The notes beneath the pieces are model-generated. The model saw only the letters and a list, made by a program, of their open reading frames with translations, ran no database searches and was not told the origin of the DNA. The position numbers were made by a program, and so were the translations under genes. From the NCBI GenBank assembly GCA_036229005.1, contig JAZAMN010000049.1, forward strand, positions 64,001 through 128,000: DNA of 64,000 nucleotides, read 5' to 3'. This document shows positions 1-9,182 of this stretch, one piece after another; the first letter of the stretch is position 1; every line of letters starts with the position of its first letter. Source of the stretch: Myxococcota bacterium. Its GTDB lineage: Bacteria; Myxococcota_A; UBA796; CAJQPC01.

Positions 1-313
1 GCGGCGCTCCGATGGACACACCCCCGGTCTGGTGCTGGTGGAGATCCCCAGCGCGCAGGGCCCCATCCTCTTCGGCGCGGATCTCATCCCGGGCGTTCCC
101 TGGGTTCGAGGCTCGATCACCATGGGGTACGACCGCTTCCCCGAGCTGCTGATCGACGAGAAGCGCGCCGTGCTGGACGAGCTGGAGCCGCAGGGTGGCC
201 GGATCTTCTTCACGCACGACCCGGACACGGCGATGGCCCGGGTGACGCGGGATGCGCGGGGCCGCTTCGCCGCGGACAACGCTCAGGGCGCGCTGGAAGG
301 CCTGGAGGCCTGA
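1..313 (+). CDS. MBL-fold metallo-hydrolase, 5'-truncated by window edge
   Basis: Frame from position 2 reads RRSDGHTPG...FGADLIPG...FFTHDP. GHTPG, the downstream Asp and the terminal His match MBL-fold motifs. Confidence 0.75.
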   Translation, partial: RRSDGHTPGLVLVEIPSAQGPILFGADLIPGVPWVRGSITMGYDRFPELLIDEKRAVLDELEPQGGRIFFTHDPDTAMARVTRDARGRFAADNAQGALEGLEA

Positions 314-356
314 ACTCCAAGGCGCGCTGTGCTAGGCTCGCCGCCAAGGAACGCTG

Positions 357-3300
357 ATGCACTCGCTCTTGCTCGCCCTGGCCACCCTGAGCCAGGCGCA
401 GGCCTTCGACAGCCACGGCCAGACCTTCAACCCCGGCCAGACCGGGGCGCACTCGGGCGTGGTCACCTGGAATCCCTGGCAGCTCGACCAGGGCTCCTGG
501 GGCGCCATGGTGGGCTTCGAGCTGGCCTCCAGCCCCCTGCAGTACCAGATCGTCGGCGAGCCCGGCATCCAACCCGCCGTGGACGGCCTGGTCCTGGCCA
601 ACCTGGGCGGCAGCTACGCCCTGACCGATCGCTTCGGGATCGCCGCGGGCCTTCCCGTCTACCTGGCCCACCAGAGCAGCCTGGGGGCCGACTACAGCCT
701 GGGCACCGACCTTCAGCCGGCCGGCGCCGCCCTGGGCAACCTGCGGCTCTGGGTGCCCATCAGCCTGGTCCGGCCCAGCAACGACGGCACCGGCTTCGGC
801 CTCAGCCTCCAGCCCTTCCTGGATGCCCCCACCGCCACCTCCGCCATCACCGGCGACCCCATGGGCGGCGGCGCGCTCCTGGCCCTGGGCTACGGCCTGC
901 CGGCGATGCAGTTCTCGCTGAACCTGGGCTTCAAGGGACACAACACCCGGGATCCCGAGCTGCCCGCGCCCCTGGGTGACCTCGAAGAGGCCGGCGAGCT
1001 CAGCGGCATCCTCAACGCCGCCGCCACCGTCCAGGTGCGCCCGGATCTGGCCCTCACCACCGAGCTGCTCCTCTCCCCCACCCTCCGTGGCCGCGACAGC
1101 CAGCACCAGGCCGACACCGCCGAGCTCATGGTCTCCGGCTCCTGGATGGCCACCGAGCGCAGCACCCTCATCATCGGTGGCGCCACCAGCCTCAACAGCG
1201 GCGCCGGTGTCCCCCGGGCCCGCGTCTTCCTGGGCACCCGCATCGGCAAGCGCACCGGCCCCTTCCCCGAGGAGAGCAGCACCCCCACCCTCAGCGCGGC
1301 GCAGACCCCCTACGACCTGATCGTGGAGGTGGTGGACGATCGGGGGCGCGGCTTGCCTGCGGAGATCACCGTCTTGGGTGGGCCTCAGCCCCTGCAGGCC
1401 GAAGCCTCCCGCCGCGGCGAGGTCATCCTCCCGCTGTCCGAGGGCGCCTGGAGCGTGCAGGTCAGCCACCCCGGCTACGGCACCCAGCTCCGCACCCTGG
1501 AGCTGGAGGACGGTCGCACCTGGCCCCCCTCCGTGCGGGTCGTCCTCCACCCCGAGGCCGGCGACGCCGCCATGTCCCTGTCCCTCCGCGACGAAGAGGA
1601 CCGCGGCATCGAAGGCGCCAGCCTCAGCATCGACGGCCAGGACTACGGCAGCAGCGGCCCCGGCGGCGGCATGCAGATCGGCGGACTCACGGGCGGCGAC
1701 CACGACATCCAGGCCACCGCCCCCGGCTTCGAGCCCGGCGAGATCCGCGTCATCGTGGCCGCCCCCGAGCTGAGCGACCCCACCCCCATCTACCTGGAGC
1801 GCCCCCCCGGCTCGGTCCAGGTCCGGGTCCGGGACAGCGCCGGCGCCCCCGTCACCGACGCCCAGGTTCGCTTCATGGGCCCCGAGGCCCGCCGCCCCGT
1901 CGGACTGGACGCCCGCGGTGAGCTGCTCACCCAGCTCGACGACGGCGAGTGGACCGTGGTCATCAGCTCCGAGCGCTACGGCCTGCAGGAGCGCAGCGTG
2001 GTGGTCGACACCGACCGCAAGGTGCTCCAGACGGTCGACGTCGTGCTCGCCGAGACCGCCGGCGCCGCCACCCTGGACCTCACCGTCCTGGATCCCGACG
2101 GCAACCCCGTGCAGGGCGTTCAGGTCAGCCTGGGCGGCGTCTCCATCGGCCAGACCGGAAACGGCGGCACCCTCAGCGTCTCCGGCCTCGCCCCCGGGGA
2201 CAGCACCTTGGCGCTGGAGGGCGACCGCATGCGCCCCGAGCCCACCGTCCCCCTGGAGCTGGTCGAAGGCACCCGCGAGCTGCTCGTCACCATGGACTGG
2301 AAGCCCGGCACCCTCCAGGTCGTCACCCGCGGCAAGGGCCAGGCCCCCATCGACGCCCAGGTGCGCTTCATGGGCGACACGCCCGTCCCCAGCGACTCCG
2401 TGGGCCCCGACGGCGAGGCCTGGTACGCCCTCCCCCCCGGCGAGTGGATCGTCGGCGTCAGCGCCCCCGCCTTCGGACTCCAGACCCGCGAGGTCCGCAT
2501 CGAGGCCGACGAGACCAGCCTCATCCTCATCGAGGCCATCCTCCGCGAGGACTCTGGCGACGCCGCCCTGAGCCTGCGCGTGGTCGACCCCAAGGGCCAG
2601 CCGGTCGAGGGCGTGCGCGTTGCCGTGGATGGCGAGCCCGTGGGCGCCACCTCCACCGGGGGAAGCCTGCACATCGAGGGCCTCAAGCCCGGCCCCTCCA
2701 GCGTCGAGGCCGCCGGCGGCATGTTCCACTACGAGAGCGTGGATCCCCTGGAGCTGGCCCAAGGCGACAACCCCGTCACCCTCAACATGCGCTGGCTCGA
2801 CGGCACCGTCACCGTCCGCACCTCGGGCCCCGGCGGCGCCCCCGTCGACGCCCTCATCCGCGCCTACGGCCCCGTCGTCCTCCCCCCCGTCCAGATCGGC
2901 GACAGCGGCGAGCGCGTGCTCTACCTGGAGCCCGGCGGCTGGACCGTCGTGGCGAGCTCCGAGCGCATGGGCATCGAGGAGGCCGATGTTCAGGTGGAAG
3001 CGGGTCAGCAGGCCCTCTTGCCTGTCACCTTCACCCTCTCCGACGCCGTGGCCGGTCAGAACTCCCTGCTGCTCGTGCTCGCCGACGAGGACGGGGTTGG
3101 CATCTCGGGCGCGACCATCCACCTGGGCGACGCCGAGTACACCACCCCCCCGGGCGGCAGCCTCATCATCGAGGGCGTCACCCCCGGCCCCGTGCTGCTC
3201 TCCGCCACCGCCCCCGGCTACGCGCCCCTGGAGTCGGAGGCCCTGACCCTCGTGAGCGGCGAACAGAACCGCAGCTTCACCCTGGACTTCGTCCCCCAGC

Positions 3301-3911
3301 CCGTCCAGGTCCAGGTCCAGGACAGCGCCGGGAACCCGCTGCAGGCCCAGCTCACCTGGGTCGGCCCCGCGCGCATCCCCGCCCAGTCCACCGACGCCCA
3401 GGGGCAGGCCGACTTCCAGATGCGCCCGGGTCAGTGGACCCTGGTGGCCCAGGCCCCCGAGTTCGGCGCCGCCCGGGCCGAGCTGGTCCTGGAGCCCGGC
3501 GTCACCCCCGACCCCGTGGTGCTCACGCTGCAGTCCTCCAAGGTCGAGGTCACCTCGGAGTCCGTGGTCATCAAGGAGCAGGTCTTCTTCGACACCGGCA
3601 AGGCCACCATCAAGGCCGAGTCCCTGCCCCTTCTGGACGAGGTCGCCAACGTCCTGCTCCTGCACCCCGAGATCACCCGCGTGGAGATCCAGGGCCACAC
3701 CGACAACGTCGGCAGCGCGGAGACCAACCAGCGCCTCTCCATGCGCCGGGCCCAGGCCGTGCGCGACTACCTGGTCTCCAAGGGCGTGGACCGCAAGCGC
3801 CTGGAGGCCACCGGCTACGGCGCCTCCCAGCCCATCGAGTCCAACGACACCGCGCAGGGCCGCGCGGCAAACCGGCGCGTGCAGTTCGAGATCGTCGAGC
3901 AGGAGGAGTAG
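357..3911 (+). CDS. Large OmpA-family protein: signal peptide, probable beta-barrel, about 9 carboxypeptidase-regulatory/PEGA-like domains, C-terminal OmpA peptidoglycan-binding domain
   Basis: C-terminus has VFFDTGKATI, IQGHTDNVG, NQRLSMRRAQAV, GYG and NRRVQF. Repeated V-D-x-x-G-x-P-V...G-x-W/H units in the middle. AAGGA RBS. Confidence 0.85.
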   Translation: MHSLLLALATLSQAQAFDSHGQTFNPGQTGAHSGVVTWNPWQLDQGSWGAMVGFELASSPLQYQIVGEPGIQPAVDGLVLANLGGSYALTDRFGIAAGLPVYLAHQSSLGADYSLGTDLQPAGAALGNLRLWVPISLVRPSNDGTGFGLSLQPFLDAPTATSAITGDPMGGGALLALGYGLPAMQFSLNLGFKGHNTRDPELPAPLGDLEEAGELSGILNAAATVQVRPDLALTTELLLSPTLRGRDSQHQADTAELMVSGSWMATERSTLIIGGATSLNSGAGVPRARVFLGTRIGKRTGPFPEESSTPTLSAAQTPYDLIVEVVDDRGRGLPAEITVLGGPQPLQAEASRRGEVILPLSEGAWSVQVSHPGYGTQLRTLELEDGRTWPPSVRVVLHPEAGDAAMSLSLRDEEDRGIEGASLSIDGQDYGSSGPGGGMQIGGLTGGDHDIQATAPGFEPGEIRVIVAAPELSDPTPIYLERPPGSVQVRVRDSAGAPVTDAQVRFMGPEARRPVGLDARGELLTQLDDGEWTVVISSERYGLQERSVVVDTDRKVLQTVDVVLAETAGAATLDLTVLDPDGNPVQGVQVSLGGVSIGQTGNGGTLSVSGLAPGDSTLALEGDRMRPEPTVPLELVEGTRELLVTMDWKPGTLQVVTRGKGQAPIDAQVRFMGDTPVPSDSVGPDGEAWYALPPGEWIVGVSAPAFGLQTREVRIEADETSLILIEAILREDSGDAALSLRVVDPKGQPVEGVRVAVDGEPVGATSTGGSLHIEGLKPGPSSVEAAGGMFHYESVDPLELAQGDNPVTLNMRWLDGTVTVRTSGPGGAPVDALIRAYGPVVLPPVQIGDSGERVLYLEPGGWTVVASSERMGIEEADVQVEAGQQALLPVTFTLSDAVAGQNSLLLVLADEDGVGISGATIHLGDAEYTTPPGGSLIIEGVTPGPVLLSATAPGYAPLESEALTLVSGEQNRSFTLDFVPQPVQVQVQDSAGNPLQAQLTWVGPARIPAQSTDAQGQADFQMRPGQWTLVAQAPEFGAARAELVLEPGVTPDPVVLTLQSSKVEVTSESVVIKEQVFFDTGKATIKAESLPLLDEVANVLLLHPEITRVEIQGHTDNVGSAETNQRLSMRRAQAVRDYLVSKGVDRKRLEATGYGASQPIESNDTAQGRAANRRVQFEIVEQEE

Positions 3912-3913
3912 CC

Positions 3914-3950
3914 AGAGAAAAAAGGGCCCCCAGCGGGGACCCTCTCTCTT
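3914..3950. terminator. Probable bidirectional intrinsic terminator
   Basis: AGGGCCCCC-AGC-GGGGACCCT hairpin with an A-run on the left and a TC/T run on the right, between convergent genes. Confidence 0.6.
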
Positions 3951-3972
3951 GCGGACTCGAGCGCGCTTTGGG

Positions 3973-4860
3973 CTACTCGTCCACGTCCCGCGCCAGGCGG
4001 AAGCCCAGAGCCGCCAGGCGAGCGCCGGCCTCCTCCAGCGCGCGGGCCTTGGCCCAGCTCGCCATCGAGGTCTGCTCCCAGCTCCCCGGGTGCACCACGC
4101 GCTCATCGCCCACGCGGTCGGCGGTCCACTCGGCCACGTTGCCGGCCAGGTCGGCGATCCCCTCGGGGGTCTGATCGCGCACGAACAGGCCGACGGCGCA
4201 GGGCTTGCCCAGCACCTCCTCGCGGGTGTTGGAGTTGCCGCGCCCGAAGGGCTCGCCCCAGGGGTAGGGCCGCTTGGCGGCGCCGCGGGCGACCTGCATG
4301 CGCTCGTTGAAGCCCAGCAGGCGGGCGCCGTGCTTGCGGGCGTAGGCCATGGCCTCGTGCCAGGAGATCCCGACCACGGGCTGGTTGGCCACCACCAGGT
4401 GCTTCACGGAGTCGCGGGAGGCGAGCTCCGGCCAGAGGCGGTGGACGCCGTCGCGCCAGGCCTTGCCGTCCTCGTCCCAGAGGCTGTCGTCCTCGTAGCC
4501 GCCCTCGGCCACGAAGCGCTGCCACTCGGCGATGGTCACAGGGAAGCGCCCCACCTGCACCGGACCCAGATCCGTGTCGGCGGTGACCCAGTAGCCGGCC
4601 TCCCCAGGTGCGCTCAGGCGCGGGTCGCCCAGGCGGCCGAGGGCCTCGCCGATTCCCAGGCGCAGCTTGGGGCTGCCCTCGCCGCTGGAGACGACCTCCA
4701 GCAGGGCCTTCACGGTGGCGTCGACCACAGCGGGATCGGCCTCCTGGCCGGCGTCGGCGGACTGGGCGAGCTCATCGGCGAAGGCCGTGAGCCTCTCGAG
4801 GCGCACGCCTGCGGGCTGCGCGAGGGCTTCTTCCAGGGCGCTCAGGCTGATCTCGGACAC
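3973..4860 (-). CDS. SUMF1/FGE-sulfatase-fold protein, probably non-catalytic
   Basis: GRFPVTIAEW, PVVGISWHEAMAYA, YPWG, DLAGNVAEW and GFRLA motifs. GGAGA RBS before GTG. Confidence 0.8.
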   Translation of the reverse strand: MSEISLSALEEALAQPAGVRLERLTAFADELAQSADAGQEADPAVVDATVKALLEVVSSGEGSPKLRLGIGEALGRLGDPRLSAPGEAGYWVTADTDLGPVQVGRFPVTIAEWQRFVAEGGYEDDSLWDEDGKAWRDGVHRLWPELASRDSVKHLVVANQPVVGISWHEAMAYARKHGARLLGFNERMQVARGAAKRPYPWGEPFGRGNSNTREEVLGKPCAVGLFVRDQTPEGIADLAGNVAEWTADRVGDERVVHPGSWEQTSMASWAKARALEEAGARLAALGFRLARDVDE

Positions 4861-4910
4861 GGGGCTCTCCTGTTCAGGGGGCCTAACGTGCCTCGCGCTA
4901 CCCTGTCAGG

Positions 4911-6338
4911 GTGAGAGCCCTCCAGCCCCCCACTCTGGCCCAGCTCGTCCTGTGGAGCCTCATCGCCATCGGCGGCCTGTGGACGCTGAGCCGGCCGGTG
5001 GCCACAAACGATCTGCACATCTTCCTCGCGACCGGCCGCTGGATGGCTGACCACGGGGAGATCCTGCGCAGCGAGGTGTTCACCTGGAGCGCCTTTGGCG
5101 TGCCCTACGACAACCCCACATGGGGCTTCTCCTGGGCATCCTGGGCGGTGTACCAGGGCGCCGGGCTGCAGGGGATCCGCCTCGTCCACGCCGCCCTGAC
5201 GACCCTCACCCTGGCCCTCACCGGCCTCGCGATCCGCGCCGAGGGCCGCAGCCACCTGGCCGCCGCCGTGGGGGTCTTCTGGACCTTCGCCCTCCTCTTC
5301 GGGAACCTCGCCGTGCGCGGTCAGAGCTGGGCCTTTCCCCTCTTCCCCGCCGCGATCCTTGTCGCCGCGATCCCCGGACGCGCCGGGCTCAAGCTCCTCG
5401 GTGGCCTCGCGCTCGGAGCCCTGTGGTCCAACCTGCACGGCAGCTTCATCGTTGGGGTGGTGTGGATGGCCATCGCGGGGGCCGCCCACTCCCTCACCCA
5501 GCGCAGCCTGCGGGCCGGCCTCCCGCACTGGAGCCTGGGCCTGGGCCTCGCGGCCGGGAGCCTGCTCAACCCCGAAGGCCTCGCCGCCTGGGGCTTCGTC
5601 CTCGACAACTCCGCCACCCCCGTCGAGCGCGGCTTCAGCGAGTGGTTCCCGCCCACCCTGCGCGACTTCCAGGGGCAGCGCTTCTACGGCAGCCTCGCGC
5701 TCTGGGCCGCCGCGTGCCTGTTCCGACGCCCCGATCTCCGCAGCATCGGGCTCCTGCTGGCCTTCGGTGTCCTCGCCTGCACCGGGACGCGCTTTGTGGC
5801 GTTCTATGGGCTCGCTTTGGCCCCGGCGGTGGGCCACTGGGTGGACCGGGCCAGCCAACCCTCCTCTCCCCAGCCGATCCTGGGACGAAGGGGAATGTGG
5901 GCCCTCGGAGCCGCCCTCTGCACCCTCTACGCCGGCCTGGCCCTCCGCACCCTCCGCGAGCCCCCCAGCCTGCACGAGGACACCCCGGTGGCCCTCGCCG
6001 ACGCGCTCCAGGCGCACTGCGGGACCTGCACCGGCCAGCGCATCTTCAACCCGCCGGAGTACGGGGGCTACCTCAGCTTTCGCTTCCCCGGGCTGCTCAC
6101 CTCCGGCGACATCCGGGCCTGGGTCTTCCCCGACTCCGCGTGGTCCCTCTACACCGGGATCTCCGAGGCCCCAGAGGGCTGGGAGGAGCAGCTCAGGGCC
6201 CACGGAGTCGGGCTGGTCCACCTCCACGCACCCTTCCACGCCGACACCCTCATGCCCGCCATCCGTGCAAGCGAGGACTGGCTGGTGCTCTACGAAGATG
6301 AAATGGCCCTGCTCGCGGTGCGTAGCCCGGGCGAATAG
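4911..6338 (+). CDS. Polytopic membrane protein, GT-C-like hypothetical family
   Basis: About 10-11 hydrophobic segments. NDLHIFLATGRW first-loop motif, NLHGSF, LNP and EW motifs, and a soluble C-terminal domain with YGGYL. Confidence 0.6.
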   Translation: MRALQPPTLAQLVLWSLIAIGGLWTLSRPVATNDLHIFLATGRWMADHGEILRSEVFTWSAFGVPYDNPTWGFSWASWAVYQGAGLQGIRLVHAALTTLTLALTGLAIRAEGRSHLAAAVGVFWTFALLFGNLAVRGQSWAFPLFPAAILVAAIPGRAGLKLLGGLALGALWSNLHGSFIVGVVWMAIAGAAHSLTQRSLRAGLPHWSLGLGLAAGSLLNPEGLAAWGFVLDNSATPVERGFSEWFPPTLRDFQGQRFYGSLALWAAACLFRRPDLRSIGLLLAFGVLACTGTRFVAFYGLALAPAVGHWVDRASQPSSPQPILGRRGMWALGAALCTLYAGLALRTLREPPSLHEDTPVALADALQAHCGTCTGQRIFNPPEYGGYLSFRFPGLLTSGDIRAWVFPDSAWSLYTGISEAPEGWEEQLRAHGVGLVHLHAPFHADTLMPAIRASEDWLVLYEDEMALLAVRSPGE

Positions 6339-6349
6339 ATTGGATCCCG

Positions 6350-7063
6350 ATGGCTTCTACTCCCCTCTCCCAGATCAAGGACCTCGTCCAGGACCGCCTG
6401 GATCAGGACCTCCTCCCCAGCCTCTACGCGGCCTGCAGCTTGCGGACGCGGGAGATCACGGCGGACCTCCAGGCCCGCGGGGTGGTGTGGTCGGACTGGC
6501 GGAAGCCCCTGCGGCCCGCCCTGGGTGAGCTGGACGAGAGCGCCCAGCTCCTGATCGACCAGGCCAAGGTTCGGGCGGGTGTCATCGGCGCAGCGGGGGG
6601 AGTCGGCGGCGCGGTCGGCGTGGCCCCCGAGGTGCTGGCGAGCCTGGTGCACACCCTGCGGCTGGCCCAGCGGCTGGCGGTGGTCTACGGCTTCGATCCG
6701 GAGACGGACAAGGGCCGGGTGATGCTCTGGCGGGCCCTCGCTGCGGCCTACGACGTCGACCTGCCCGACCAGGCGCAGCTCAACCTCCGGGTCCGGGACC
6801 TGCCCGGCGCGGCGGCCAAGCAGGTGCCCAAGGGCGGCGCGGCGGCGGCGATGGTGGTCCGGCGGGTGGTGCAGACCGCCACGAGCCGGGTGATCGGTCG
6901 AGGGATCCGCCTGGTGCCGGGGCTGACCATCGGCTTGGCGGCCTCTCGGGCCCTGGACAGCACGCGGGCCAAGGGGGAGCGCATGAAGGCGGTGTACCGC
7001 GCGGCCTTCGAGGAGCCTCCCGCCGACCTCGTGGACGTGATCGACGTGGTCGAGGTGCACTGA
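6350..7063 (+). CDS. EcsC-family-like protein
   Basis: Gly/Ala-rich GAAGGVGG segment, LAVVYGFDP, and a RLVPGLTIG C-terminal pattern. Confidence 0.6.
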   Translation: MASTPLSQIKDLVQDRLDQDLLPSLYAACSLRTREITADLQARGVVWSDWRKPLRPALGELDESAQLLIDQAKVRAGVIGAAGGVGGAVGVAPEVLASLVHTLRLAQRLAVVYGFDPETDKGRVMLWRALAAAYDVDLPDQAQLNLRVRDLPGAAAKQVPKGGAAAAMVVRRVVQTATSRVIGRGIRLVPGLTIGLAASRALDSTRAKGERMKAVYRAAFEEPPADLVDVIDVVEVH

Positions 7064-7092
7064 CGCCCCCGCCGCGTCACATGGGGTGATGC

Positions 7093-7134
7093 GGTGTTAG
7101 GGCCAGTTGAGCAGGTGTTAGGGCCAGTTGAGCA
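7093..7134. repeat. Perfect 21-bp tandem duplication GGTGTTAGGGCCAGTTGAGCA x2
   Basis: Directly visible: 7093-7113 is identical to 7114-7134. Confidence 0.95.
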
Positions 7135-7147
7135 AGCGAGGCAAGCC

Positions 7148-8023
7148 ATGTCGGTCGTTCGGGATTTGATGCGTCTCTCCCCCATCAAGGTGGGGACCGA
7201 GGCTCCTCCGCTGTCCCTGACCGCGGACGAGGGCACCTGGGTCAAGCTGCGCGACTTCCGCGGCCAGATGGCCGTCATCCTGCTCTTCTTCAAGAGCGAG
7301 GACGAGAGCAGCGTGGCCTGGCTCAAGGCCTGGAGCGCCGCGAACGAGAGCGCTGGCGCCGTGGACGCGGTGGTCTTTGGGGTGCACACCGCCGCGACCG
7401 ACCGCCTGCGCGACCTGCGCGCCCACCTGCGCGGTGAGTTCTTCTTCCTCTACGACCCCCTCGCCCTCACCGCCCGCGCCTTCGGCATGAGCAGCCGCGT
7501 GCTGCCCCAGTGCAAGGACGGTGTGGTCGTCGTGGACCAGGACCAGCAGGTCATCTTCTCCGAGCGCGGGCTCCACGGGCCCGACGAGATCCTGCCCCTG
7601 GTCGCCCAGTCCACCGGCAAGGCCCTCCCCGGTCAGGAGGCCGCGGCCGGCCCCCAGACCGCCTCCAAGGCCCGCGTGCCCGGTCAGGCCCAGAAGGCGG
7701 TCGAGGACATCGACGGCGACCGCGCCGAGCAGATGCTGGCCGAGAGCGACAGCCCCTACATCCTGGTCGACGTGCGCACCAAGTCCGAGTTCGACGCGGA
7801 CCACAGCGTGCACGCCATCCACGTCCCCGTGGACGAGCTCCCCCACCGCTACCAGGACCTGGGGCAGACCACCCACATCATCTTTGTGTGCCAGGGCGGC
7901 GACCGCTCCGCCGCCGCCGCCGAGTTCATGGCGTCGCTGGGCGCCCACGAGATCTACAACGCCGTCGAGGGCATGAGCTCCTGGACCGGCCCCCGCGAGC
8001 GCACGCGGATCGAGGACCAGTAG
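7148..8023 (+). CDS. Redoxin (AhpC/TSA-like) plus rhodanese fusion protein
   Basis: N-terminal IKVGTEAPPLSL...VKLRDFRG...VFGV redoxin pattern. C-terminal LVDVRTKSEF...HVP...VCQGGDRS rhodanese pattern. ATG 7148 follows GAGG. Confidence 0.75.
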   Translation: MSVVRDLMRLSPIKVGTEAPPLSLTADEGTWVKLRDFRGQMAVILLFFKSEDESSVAWLKAWSAANESAGAVDAVVFGVHTAATDRLRDLRAHLRGEFFFLYDPLALTARAFGMSSRVLPQCKDGVVVVDQDQQVIFSERGLHGPDEILPLVAQSTGKALPGQEAAAGPQTASKARVPGQAQKAVEDIDGDRAEQMLAESDSPYILVDVRTKSEFDADHSVHAIHVPVDELPHRYQDLGQTTHIIFVCQGGDRSAAAAEFMASLGAHEIYNAVEGMSSWTGPRERTRIEDQ

Positions 8024-8763
8024 TGGACAACGTCGTCACCGCATACCTGGCGGCCGTGGCCGTCCCCGCCGCCGCTGAGCCCAGCGCCCTGGACCTGGTG
8101 CTGGACGCCGACCTCATCGTTCAGTTCGTGCTGCTCAGCTTGGTCGCCATGTCCGTCATCGGCTGGGTCATCATCGTGAACAAGGGCCTCCTGCTGCGTC
8201 AGGCCGCCCGCCAGTCCGCCGAGTTCCAGGAGCTCTTCTGGAACTCCCGGCGCCTGGATCAGGTCTACGAGAAGGTGGGCAGCTACCCCCAATCCCCCTT
8301 GGCCCAGACCTTCAAGGCCGGGTACGTCGAGCTCCACAAGCTCACCCAGCAGGACGGCGACAGCGTCGGCCAGATGGACCTGGGCGGCATCGACAACCTG
8401 ACCCGCGCCCTGCGCCGCGCCTCCAGCACCGAGCTCACCAACCTGGAGCGCCTGATCCCCTTCCTGGCGACCACCGGCTCCACCGCGCCCTTCATCGGGC
8501 TCTTCGGCACCGTCTGGGGCATCCTCCGCGCCTTCCAGAAGATCGGCGCGAGCGGCTCGGCCTCCATCGCGGTCGTCGGCCCGGACATCGCCCACGCGCT
8601 CATCGCCACCGCGGTCGGCCTCGCAGCCGCCATCCCCGCGGTCATGGCCTACAACTTCTTCAACAGCCGCATCCGGGTGCTCGCCACCGAGATGGACAAC
8701 TTCTCGGCCGACTTCCTGAACATCGTCAAGCGGCACTTCTCCAAGGGCCGGGGCCGTAGCTGA
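8023..8763 (+). CDS. tolQ: TolQ
   Basis: FLATTGSTAPFIGLFGTVWGI and ALIATAVGLAAAIPAV. GTG start overlaps the upstream TAG. Confidence 0.9.
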   Translation: MDNVVTAYLAAVAVPAAAEPSALDLVLDADLIVQFVLLSLVAMSVIGWVIIVNKGLLLRQAARQSAEFQELFWNSRRLDQVYEKVGSYPQSPLAQTFKAGYVELHKLTQQDGDSVGQMDLGGIDNLTRALRRASSTELTNLERLIPFLATTGSTAPFIGLFGTVWGILRAFQKIGASGSASIAVVGPDIAHALIATAVGLAAAIPAVMAYNFFNSRIRVLATEMDNFSADFLNIVKRHFSKGRGRS

Positions 8764-9182
8764 TGGGCATGGGTGGCGGCAGCGACCGCTCCGGGATGGT
8801 CTCAGAGATCAACGTCACGCCCTTCGTGGACGTGATGCTGGTGTTGCTCATCATCTTCATGGTGACCGCGCCCATGATGGTGCAAGGCGTGGACGTGCAG
8901 CTCCCCCGCAGCGACACGCCCCCCCTCCAGGCCGACAGCGAGGACCAGCTCGTCCTCAGCATCGACGCCCAGGGCCGCACCTACATCAACGAGCGCGAGA
9001 TGAAGTGGGAGGAGCTGCCCAACAAGCTGGCGGCCATCCACACCGCGAACCCTGACCAGGCCGTGTTCGTCAAGGCCGACGGCAGCCTGCCCTATGAGAA
9101 GGTCATGCAGCTCATGGGCATCGCCAAGTCCGCCGGCATCGGCAAGGTCGGCCTCGTCACCCAGCCGGGGCAGGAGCCGTGA
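8763..9182 (+). CDS. tolR: TolR
   Basis: SEINVTPFVDVMLVLLIIFMVTAP and VFVKAD. Confidence 0.92.
   Translation: MGMGGGSDRSGMVSEINVTPFVDVMLVLLIIFMVTAPMMVQGVDVQLPRSDTPPLQADSEDQLVLSIDAQGRTYINEREMKWEELPNKLAAIHTANPDQAVFVKADGSLPYEKVMQLMGIAKSAGIGKVGLVTQPGQEP

Noticed and set aside
210..4106. 1298-aa antisense ORF and similar long shadow ORFs (12287-14953, 15873-18497, 27191-29965, 37189-40182, 61516-63936)
   Set aside because: They overlap well-supported genes, mostly on the opposite strand, and show no motifs. High GC3 codon bias makes stop codons rare in these frames.
3973..4860. FGE/C-type-lectin fold as a diversity-generating retroelement target
   Set aside because: No reverse transcriptase in the window, and I saw no template-repeat copy of its 3' end.
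7093..7134. CRISPR-like repeat
   Set aside because: Only two abutting copies, no spacer and no cas genes.
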